The notes beneath the pieces were generated by a model that was given only the letters and a program-made list of their open reading frames with translations, ran no database searches and had not been told where the DNA came from. Shown here one piece after another: positions 56,027 through 64,000 of a stretch of 64,000 nt of DNA. The DNA is taken from contig NW_013657624.1 in the NCBI RefSeq assembly GCF_000142905.1, positions 38,235-102,234 on the forward strand. Direction: 5' to 3'. A program made the position numbers and the translations under genes. Position 1 is the stretch's first letter; each line of letters starts with the position of its first letter. The DNA comes from Thecamonas trahens ATCC 50062. Taxonomy: Eukaryota; Protista; Apusomonadida.

Positions 56027-58435
56027 ATGGCCCATACTGCTATTTCTGATCCAGAGTACATGCGCGAGCGGTTCGACAGCCAGGCGACGCTGGCCGGCAA
56101 GATCTCAACGCTCGCCGAGTGGATTCGCGAGGCCGACGGCGAGACAGTAATCTTTACTGGCGCCGGCATCTCGACCTCGTGCGGCATTCCCGACTTCCGA
56201 TCGCCCAATGGGGTGTGGACGCTCAAGGCGCAGGGTCGGAAGCGCAAGGGAAAGACCACGCCGACAACCAAGGCCATCCCATCGGCAACCCACATGGGCA
56301 TCGTGGCCATGCTCCGTTCTGGCACCGCCAAGTTCCTCATCTCGCAAAACTGCGATGGCTTGCATCGGCGATCGGGCGTGCCGCCGGCCAAGCTTGCTGA
56401 GCTCCACGGCAACTCAAACATAGAGTACTGCCGCTCTTGTGGGGCCGAGTACCTCCGCGATTGGGCCTGTCGCCGCATCGTCCGCGGACGCGATCACTTT
56501 ACTGGCCGCCATTGCGAGCGCGCCGGATGCGGTGGCAAGCTCTGGGACTCGACCATCGACTTTGGTCAGAGTCTGCCGGAGGAACCGCTCCGCGCCGCGT
56601 ACGCCGCCTCGCAAACCGCTGCCCTCCACATTGTCTTTGGGTCATCGCTCACCGTCTCGCCGGCGTGTGACATGCCGGCGGAGACCGCAGCCGCTGGCGG
56701 CCGCATGGTCATCGTCAACCTGCAGAAGACCCCGCTCACAGAAAACGCCGATCTGCACATCTACGCCAAGACCGATGACGTCATGTGCGCCCTTCTGAGC
56801 CAGCTTGGCCTCGATCCGCCGCAGTGGCGCCTCCGCCGCTCAATCCGCATCCGCCACGGTGTGCGTGGTGACGGGTACGTCATCTGTGTCTCGGCCGTCG
56901 ATCCCGAAGACAACGCCCTGCCGGCATCCATCTTCCGCGGAGTGGTGGCGAGTCTTGTTCCGCAAGATGCCGATGCTGCGCCGACGACCGTCACGCTGCT
57001 TGAGCCGCCATTTGCAGCCACCATCCCGGTCACCACCACGCCTGACAAGACAGTCGTCGATCTCATGTTCATGGGACACTACGCTGAGCCCAGGCTTAAG
57101 CTGGAGCTCCCGATTGTGCTCGGCAAGCCGCCTGCTCAGCCGGTTGCCATCGAGCTTGCCTACGATCCGTACACTCGCACGTGGACGGTGCTCTCACGGA
57201 CCGATGGCACCGGAGCAGGGCCGTCGGCGACATCGGCGGCTTCGCCGAGTGCAGAGCCGCTCATCGAGCCTACAGCCACACTGGTGCTCTCGCAGGACAC
57301 CTCGCCGGCGTACATGGTGTCGGCAACCCGGATCGCGTCGATGGCCGCCGCCTCTCGCCCGCTGGTGGTCATGTGGCCGGCGGTTAGTCGACTGGTGGTT
57401 CCGGGCGGCGAACAGTATCCGATGGTGGTTCTTGTCGGCGGGCTCCCGTCGCGCGACTCGGGCGCTCGCGATCAGCCGCGGCTTGCGGCGTACCAGATCG
57501 TCGAGCATAGAGTCAACGGTCGGGTCGGCGTCTGGTTCACGCCTTCCTTCGGCAACTTGGCGATCCAGTGCAGGCGGGAGTGCGAGCGAGGAGTGCTTAA
57601 GCGGTGGCTCTCGGCAGCCGCGGCTGTCGATCCGCACACCATGGTGGTGTTTGGTGGATGCGATGGAAGCTCGATGTACAACGATCTGACTGTGGTTCGG
57701 GCGACAAGTGTCCGCGGTGCGCTTCCCACACTCGAGCTGGAGATCGAGGCGCTGGCGGCAGTCCCTGGCGGCAACCGGCCGGCACATCGACTCGGTGCTT
57801 CGCTGACGGCGATCGGCGACGGCCAGTTGGTTCTCTTCGGCGGATCGGTGTGTGAAGGCGGGCCGTATGCGTTCCTCAACGATGTCCACGTCTTTGACAT
57901 GTCGAGTGGCGAGTGGACCGACATGACGCCGCAGATCCGCGGGCCGCGGCCCAGCGCAAGGGCACAACACGCCGCGCACTACTTTGCACACGCCAACTCA
58001 CTGCTTGTGGTTGGCGGTACGGGAGTCGACGCCCACCACGCCGACGGCCATGTCCTCGATCTCGACTCGTGGACGTGGCGGGCAGTGCCGAGCGGACCCG
58101 GTGGGCCGGCTGCAGTGGCGATCGCCGACGACGACAAAAAGCCGTTCCGGATCACGCCCGCACAGTGCGCAATCGTCCCGACAAGCGCGGCCACGCCCGA
58201 CACAGTGCTTGTCTGGGGCCTCCCACACCAGATCTCGCCAGTCCACATTCTCGACGTCTCGGCCGGCTGGCGTCAGCAGGCCGGCGAGTTTGTCCTCCCG
58301 CCACCGCTACCCGCCACCGCTGCCGCGGCCGTCACATTCGACGATGGCATCACAGCGCTGTTTGGTGGCGTCAGCGGCGATGGTGTGCGTCTCGAGGCAC
58401 TCGGCCCGACATGGATCGAAGCGGCGAGCCCGTGA
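56027..58435 (+). CDS. Class IV sirtuin (SIRT6/7-like) fused to C-terminal kelch repeats
   Basis: GAGISTSCGIPDFRSPNGVWT, SQNCDGLHRRSG, ELHGN, CxxC..CxxxxC, GSSLTV, VNLQKTP. Kelch motifs VVFGG..MYNDL, LVLFGG..FLNDVHVFD....W, PSARAQHAA. Confidence 0.88.
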   Translation: MAHTAISDPEYMRERFDSQATLAGKISTLAEWIREADGETVIFTGAGISTSCGIPDFRSPNGVWTLKAQGRKRKGKTTPTTKAIPSATHMGIVAMLRSGTAKFLISQNCDGLHRRSGVPPAKLAELHGNSNIEYCRSCGAEYLRDWACRRIVRGRDHFTGRHCERAGCGGKLWDSTIDFGQSLPEEPLRAAYAASQTAALHIVFGSSLTVSPACDMPAETAAAGGRMVIVNLQKTPLTENADLHIYAKTDDVMCALLSQLGLDPPQWRLRRSIRIRHGVRGDGYVICVSAVDPEDNALPASIFRGVVASLVPQDADAAPTTVTLLEPPFAATIPVTTTPDKTVVDLMFMGHYAEPRLKLELPIVLGKPPAQPVAIELAYDPYTRTWTVLSRTDGTGAGPSATSAASPSAEPLIEPTATLVLSQDTSPAYMVSATRIASMAAASRPLVVMWPAVSRLVVPGGEQYPMVVLVGGLPSRDSGARDQPRLAAYQIVEHRVNGRVGVWFTPSFGNLAIQCRRECERGVLKRWLSAAAAVDPHTMVVFGGCDGSSMYNDLTVVRATSVRGALPTLELEIEALAAVPGGNRPAHRLGASLTAIGDGQLVLFGGSVCEGGPYAFLNDVHVFDMSSGEWTDMTPQIRGPRPSARAQHAAHYFAHANSLLVVGGTGVDAHHADGHVLDLDSWTWRAVPSGPGGPAAVAIADDDKKPFRITPAQCAIVPTSAATPDTVLVWGLPHQISPVHILDVSAGWRQQAGEFVLPPPLPATAAAAVTFDDGITALFGGVSGDGVRLEALGPTWIEAASP

Positions 58436-58868
58436 TGCGATGTAAGCGGTCGATGAAGGCGGGGGTCGGGTGCGATGCGGAGAAATGTCCTGCCGGTGGC
58501 GGGCACTCCATCGCCTTGGCTCACGATCGGGTTACAGGACACAGCCATGGCATGACGCGAGTCAATGCGACATGTCTGTGCGAGGAGATAAACAGCTGCC
58601 AGTTGTCAAGCAAACCACCCAGGCTGGGTAGCCGGTCTGGTTCTGGCAAAGTGTGGGCAACAAATATTGCTGGCCGTCTTTCTACAGCCATTTCGCGGCA
58701 CTTCACTCCCTTCGCCCACGGGCGACGCGAGCACGACGTCGCGAGTCGGACCGATGTCAGAGGGGCAGGCGAGCATCCGATTGCTCAAGACACCAAGTGC
58801 AGAGAGTGTGACTCTTGATGTACGTCATACCGTAGTTATCTTTCTCCATGCCCCCCTCCCCCTCCTCC

Positions 58869-59001
58869 CCCTCGGTGTGATGGCTCGCCATCTTTGCCGT
58901 CCCCGCCGACGGCGATGACCGCCATTGGCCGTGAACGCTTGCAATGGCGTCATTGATGATTAGCCGAATGAGAGTGGAGAGCGGCTGAGCTGAGCCGAGG
59001 G
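58869..59001 (+). ncRNA. Candidate box C/D snoRNA
   Basis: Terminal stem CCCTCGGT/GCCGAGGG flanking C-like GTGATGG (58877) and D box CTGA (58990). Internal CGTGA and TTGATGA boxes with hairpins. Intergenic; no target identified. Confidence 0.4.
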
Positions 59002-59486
59002 TGTGTAGCCGCACAGCGTGTACCACGGAAGTGTGGTACCCCCTATGTTCCCCATACTCTCCATGACCATAGTACATAGCATGATACAGTATGTAGGGTG
59101 GTGTGGTGATGGTGGTGTGGCATGTACCTCCTCTACTTGCCTTGGATGTGCCTGGAGTTGGTAGGCGTGTCACTTCGCCCGAACCGAACCAATTGTTCCA
59201 TGTCCGCAATGCGGGAGGCCGAGGCCGGGTACATGAAGGTGTGTACGGGGAAGCTAGACAGACGAACTAGCTTGTCATGTGGAATACTTACATTGTGATT
59301 GACCTCCTCCCGCTTTGTCTCCTCATCTCATGCCATCTGTCGCCTCGTTCTGCCCCCCCCCCCTCCCCCCTCCCCCCTCCCCCCCCATCGCACCCGTCTC
59401 TTCCACGCACGTTTCTCGCCGCTGTCCTCCCCCCCCCCCTCCCCCCGTCTCCTCCTCCCTCCGCTACGTCTCCCCACAACACCGTC

Positions 59487-60000
59487 ATGGCCACACTGGA
59501 CACAATGGGTCATGGCGCTGGTGGTACTGGTGCTGCCCCTACTCCTGATCATGCTGTTGCCGCTATCCCTGCCGCTGTGCCTGCTGCTGTCTCTGCTGCT
59601 GGTCCGTGGTCATGTTCCTGATCATCCTGCCAAACGCAATGCTGCCCGTGATACACCTGTGGCGGGTATGTGGCTGCAGTTTGCGTCCTCAACCACGATC
59701 GGGGAGATGGCTGTGCATCTGTTGGCAAACTGGCCCGAGAACTTTCCAGACGGCGACAAGGTGACCACGCCCGAGGTAATCAAGTTCCTGTTTAAGGGCA
59801 AGTTCCTCGAGGCGTCGCAGAGCCTGGCGTCGCTTGGCGTGACTTCGGCCAAGCCTGCGACGTTTCATGTCATGATCCGGGCAAACGCGGCAAAGGCCAA
59901 GTCCAAGTCGTCGTCGCCTAAGACAGCGTCGTCCTCGCATGCCAACCGTGCCGGACAGCAGCCACCGCAGCAACAGTCGGCATGCTGCACCATCCTCTGA
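59487..60000 (+). CDS. UBL3: Membrane-anchored ubiquitin-fold protein (UBL3/MUB) with CAAX; 5' part frame-disrupted
   Basis: F..STTIGEMAVHLLANWP..IKFLFKGKFLE..TFHVMIR..CCTIL*. Joining to ATG 59487 needs two -1 shifts (~59606, ~59633) or an unrecognised splice. Confidence 0.75.
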
Positions 60001-60460
60001 TCTGGTCAATACCGCGCTATCGGGCCGCCCTACCTCGGCCGCCCTACTCTCTGCACCTTTGCTCTCGTGCACTCGCTCGCCTGCCGCAACTGCAGCTCCC
60101 ATCACTATGCTGGACTCGCGCTGTCTGACGCATCCAGCCTCGCTCATGCCCCTCGTGAACGCTACCCATACACACCAACACACATTCGCACACACACACA
60201 CACTCTCTCTCTCTCTCTCGCTTGCACTCTCAGTCGTCCTCATGGTGCGCCTGGTTGCGGCTGGTTGCGGCTGCGCCGGCTCACCAGCATGCCCTCACAT
60301 CTGACACGATCCGAGGCCAAGGAACGCCCATTGCCAGGTCAGATGGCCGCCACAACCTTGCGGCTGTCCATTGGAGCCGCGCATCAGTCGCATCAGCTTC
60401 AGTTGCGGCTTGGGTGGGCAGCGCTGACTGGCCCAGGCACCACTCGACTCGTCGGGCCAA

Positions 60461-61927
60461 ATGGCAGCACACCATCCCACGAGTCAAGCGACGGCAGGCG
60501 CCTCCGGGGACGCGAACGGAAGCGGGAACGGATCTTCAGGAGTGTGGCAGCCAGGAGAGGAGCTGAGTCTATGGAGCACCGATGCGCGGGCGAGTGCGCG
60601 GAGTGCTAGCCTGCCTGTGGACGCGCCGCTTGTGTTTGAGGCGAGCGATGAGGCAGGGACGACGGCTCGGGTGACACGGGCGATTTCGGCTGGCGATGTG
60701 CTGCTGGCCGAGCCGCCTGCAGCCGCCATGCATTCTCCGGCCAACGCGATGGCGGGCGTTCTGGCCTGTTCGCGCTGTCTGGCCTTTCTTCTTCCGCCGC
60801 GGCACCACATCGCTGCTCTCACTGCTGCCCTTGATGACCATGCCGCGCCGCCGCCGCTCCCACACGCTGCGCTCCCGTGTCCGCTCGGCTGTGCCGCGGT
60901 CTTTTGCTCGTCAGAGTGCCTGGCCATCGCCATGGCTGGCGGCAGGCATGTGCTTGTGTGCGACGGTGCTGGCGCCGAAGACGGCGATGGCCAAGCCGAG
61001 GCCGCGGCGGCGGGCATCGGCGAGGTCATCGGCCAGCTGGAGGCCTTTGACGAGGCCTTTGTCTTTTCAGCCGGCCTGCTGGCGGGCTTGGCGGCCGAGC
61101 GGGCAGGCGGGGAGCATGCGCTGGCGGACAAGCTCGCCATGTTTACGCAGCCTGCGTGGTCAAAGCTCAAGATCGCGCCCGAGGACGTGCCCGAGGCTGA
61201 ATTCCGGCACGATATGGCGGTGCTGGTGGGCAGCGCAGCGGAGCAGCTGGCGCAGGCGTTTGCGGCGCGGGCGGCGTCGACGCAAGCGATCGACGATGAG
61301 GCTTTGCGTGCGCAGCTGCTTGCAGCCATCGACGAGCTGGTCACACCGGCGGCGTTTGATGCGCTACTCGGCATGGTCCAGGCCAATCAGATGGGCGTGC
61401 GGCGGCCATCAGTGGTGGCGAGCGCACTGGAGTCTGGCGCGCTGGAGTGGGCCGAGGTCTGCGGCGATTTGACGGCGCTCCGCGACGCAGTCATTGCGAC
61501 GCAGGCGTCGTGCGGCGAGGACAGCGACGGCGATGGTGATGACGAGCACGAACACGAGCCGATCGAGGTCATCGCGGCACAGTACCCAGCCGAGTTTGCA
61601 CCCGAGGCACCGGCGGTCGACCAAGTGGTGGCGACGGACATGTTCGTGGCGCTCGACGGAAGTGCGGTCTTCCCGCTCCTCGCCGGCATCAACCACGCGT
61701 GCAGACCCAACGCCAAGGTGACGTACGAGGCCGGCGACGACGGAGCGGCAGTCCGTGGAGTCCTAGTCGCGCTCTGTGACCTGGCGCCCGGCGACGAGGT
61801 GTTCATCTCGTACTTGCCGGACGTCGAGTTCACGGACGCCACCGAGCTCAGTCTCGAGGAGCGGACCGAGATCTTTGCCGACTACGGCTTTGTCTGCGGG
61901 TGCAGCCTGTGCATGGCAGGCGAGTAA
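60461..61927 (+). CDS. SET and MYND domain lysine methyltransferase (SMYD5-like)
   Basis: Split SET (RAISAGDVLLAEPP), MYND-like CxxC..CxxxCxxxxCSxxC, INHACRPNA, EVFISYL, post-SET YGFVCGCSLC. Confidence 0.85.
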   Translation: MAAHHPTSQATAGASGDANGSGNGSSGVWQPGEELSLWSTDARASARSASLPVDAPLVFEASDEAGTTARVTRAISAGDVLLAEPPAAAMHSPANAMAGVLACSRCLAFLLPPRHHIAALTAALDDHAAPPPLPHAALPCPLGCAAVFCSSECLAIAMAGGRHVLVCDGAGAEDGDGQAEAAAAGIGEVIGQLEAFDEAFVFSAGLLAGLAAERAGGEHALADKLAMFTQPAWSKLKIAPEDVPEAEFRHDMAVLVGSAAEQLAQAFAARAASTQAIDDEALRAQLLAAIDELVTPAAFDALLGMVQANQMGVRRPSVVASALESGALEWAEVCGDLTALRDAVIATQASCGEDSDGDGDDEHEHEPIEVIAAQYPAEFAPEAPAVDQVVATDMFVALDGSAVFPLLAGINHACRPNAKVTYEAGDDGAAVRGVLVALCDLAPGDEVFISYLPDVEFTDATELSLEERTEIFADYGFVCGCSLCMAGE

Positions 61928-61931
61928 CTGC

Positions 61932-63224
61932 TTACAGGTCCATGGCGGCAAGGCCGTCGTCGGCAGGGTCGACGGCGACGGGCGGGCCGGGCTCGGAGGC
62001 GACGACCGCGGCAAAGTCCGCAGCGACCGGGAGCGGCCAGGCGACGGGCGTGGCAGTGGCAAAGTCGAGCTCGATGCCGACGGCAAAGAGAGCGTCGACA
62101 ATCCACTGCGGCACGTTTGGCCCGAAGCGAGTCTGCATGTACGCAGTGACAAAGCCCGGAAGGGCGTCGGCCTCGATGGCGGCGCGGATGTCGGCCATGA
62201 GGCGGAGCTGGAAGGCAATGTTGTGGTAGGAGATGAGCTGGGCGCCGGTGTGTGACTTGACCACGGCGTGGAGGTAGGCGCGGGTAAAGGTCTTGCACAC
62301 ATAGCAGCCGCAGTCTGCGTCGATGGGGCTGAGGTCGGTAGCGAAGCGCTTGTGCTTGAGGGCGAGCTCGCCCTCGCGGACAAGCGCCTTGCCGAAGCGG
62401 GCAGTGCGAGTGGGGAAGACGCAGTCGAACATGTCGACGCCGAGGGCGGAGCAGACGACCAGATCTTGGGCATAGCCGACGCCCATGAGGTACCGTGGCT
62501 TGTCAGCCGGCAGGTGCTGGGTGCAGAGGTGGACCATTTTCCAGAACTCGTCCTTGGACTCGCCGCCCGAGAGGCCGCCGATGGCAAAGCCCGGCGTGTC
62601 ACGGGCAATCATGGCGTCGAGGCAGTAGAGGCGGAGCCGCGGATCGAGACCGCCCTGGATGATGCCGAACAGGTTCTGCTCTGCCGGGCGGGCGTGTGCG
62701 GCGATGCAGCGATCAAGCCAGCGGATGGAGCGATGCATGGCGTCCTCAACACGAGGGCCCGAGATGAGGGAAGAGACAACATCGTCAAGAGCCATGATGA
62801 TGTCCGCGCCAATGTTGTTCTGCATGGCAATGGAGAGCTCTGGCGAGAGCAAGACGGTAGTGCCATCGTGAGGCGAGGCAAAGGTCACGCCTTCTTCGCT
62901 CACGGATGAGAGCTTTGCCAGCGAGACCATTTGGAAGCCACCCGAGTCTGTGAGCATGCCACCATGCCAGCCCGAGAAGGCATGAAGACCACCCATGGCA
63001 GCGACGGTCTCTGCACCGGGCCGATGGCCCAAGTGATACGTGTTGCCCAGGACGACTTGGCAGCCGAGTTGAACCATTTGAGGCGGCGTGAGGCCCTTGA
63101 GTGAGCCCTGGGTACCCACAGGCATGAACATAGGTGTGCATGCTGTCGTGTGCGGGAGCGTAAGTCGCGACGACCGCGCCTTGGTCACACTGCACTCAGC
63201 CTCCACGACAAAGGTGAGGGCCAT
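61932..63224 (-). CDS. QTRT1: Queuine tRNA-ribosyltransferase catalytic subunit
   Basis: [54 protein letters not shown], CxCxxC..H zinc site. Confidence 0.95.
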   Translation of the reverse strand: MALTFVVEAECSVTKARSSRLTLPHTTACTPMFMPVGTQGSLKGLTPPQMVQLGCQVVLGNTYHLGHRPGAETVAAMGGLHAFSGWHGGMLTDSGGFQMVSLAKLSSVSEEGVTFASPHDGTTVLLSPELSIAMQNNIGADIIMALDDVVSSLISGPRVEDAMHRSIRWLDRCIAAHARPAEQNLFGIIQGGLDPRLRLYCLDAMIARDTPGFAIGGLSGGESKDEFWKMVHLCTQHLPADKPRYLMGVGYAQDLVVCSALGVDMFDCVFPTRTARFGKALVREGELALKHKRFATDLSPIDADCGCYVCKTFTRAYLHAVVKSHTGAQLISYHNIAFQLRLMADIRAAIEADALPGFVTAYMQTRFGPNVPQWIVDALFAVGIELDFATATPVAWPLPVAADFAAVVASEPGPPVAVDPADDGLAAMDL

Positions 63225-63694
63225 GGTGGTGATGACGGTGACACAGAGAGGCTGACTGAGAGTGCGGTGATGGATGCTGTGGCTGTGGCTGTGGTGGCAG
63301 GGGGGGGGGGGGGGGATGATCATGGGGCTGGAGGGGGGGTGGGTATCATCGGCTGTGGGCATGGGCATGACAACTTAGGGATGGGAAGTGTGGAGGGGGG
63401 AGGGGGGGGATCGGAGGTAGGGGGGAAGGGATGGGAGGTGATGGCATCGGTGGAGGAGGTCGGGGCGGATGTGAGGGGAAAGAGAGGGTAGCCCAGCAGC
63501 CCGCCTGCCGCCACCAGCCGGCCGCGCCACGCCCACCACCCGCCAACCCGCCCATGCCTGCGACCAGCTGGTGCTTGAGCCTTTTGCCTATATGTATAGG
63601 TATACGGCACGTGACTTCCCCACCCCCACCCCCCACCTTCCCCACCACTAGCCCCATACCCCCCCCCCCCTCCTCCCATCCCCCCCCTGCCACT

Positions 63695-63862
63695 ATGTCC
63701 TCCAATGATGCTGCGCAGACGGCCGAGTGGGTGTTCGACTCCATCGTGGCCTTTCTCAAGTCCCCGCTGTGGTCCACCCCCATCCTGACCTTTATCGATC
63801 GCCACTGTGCCATCTTTGACACAGACGAGGAGAACCCGCTCTCATTCACCACATGCCACAAT
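63695..63862 (+). CDS. CFAP36: CFAP36/CCDC104 (BART domain), first exon
   Basis: MSSNDAAQTAEWVFDSIVAFLKSPLWSTPILTFIDRHCAIFDTDEENPLSFTTCHN followed by a GTACGT donor; absent from the ORF track. Confidence 0.85.
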
Positions 63863-64000
63863 GTACGTTATGTCATGCATATAGAGGGGGGAGGGGGAGG
63901 GGGAGGGGGGAGGGTTCTTTCGTCCGAAAAAGGTCGCATGACCTGCCAATGCAACTTGGCGCCAAAGTCGCTGGGTGGGATGGGGAAGGCGACAGGAGGG

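Noticed and set aside
59140-59149. CCTTGGATGT resembling U14 domain B
   Set aside because: No adjacent D box and no domain A.

Overview
Gene-dense, GC-rich eukaryotic nuclear DNA from a unicellular protist. Gene content, short GTACGY..AG introns, poly-G/poly-C intergenic tracts and a mitochondrial MinE suggest the apusomonad Thecamonas trahens or a relative (inference). There are about 30 protein genes and two N-gaps. Housekeeping genes: eIF3a, STI1/HOP, OSCP, COX7C-like, AMPK-alpha, PP2A B'', QTRT1, Pin1-type parvulin, CTL/PNS1, CFAP36, SMYD, UBL3/MUB and an aspartic protease. One complete PIF/Harbinger DNA transposon lies at 5538-8701 (TIRs, TCA target-site duplication, transposase and Myb-like ORF). 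Genes not visible as single ORFs were rebuilt by hand: a 3-exon mitochondrion-targeted MinE head-to-head with OSCP, a protein with eight CX9C motifs, and an HSF2BP/MEILB2-like protein. Other notable items are a tandem pair of ATD-less GluR0-like ionotropic receptors lacking the ligand Arg, a tandem pair of receptor cyclases lacking catalytic residues, ACBP-ECH1, sirtuin-kelch and CBS-PB1-TPR fusions, a giant FG-GAP multi-pass receptor, recurrent single-base frameshifts and candidate snoRNAs. All family assignments come from motif recognition by eye; no database searches were run.
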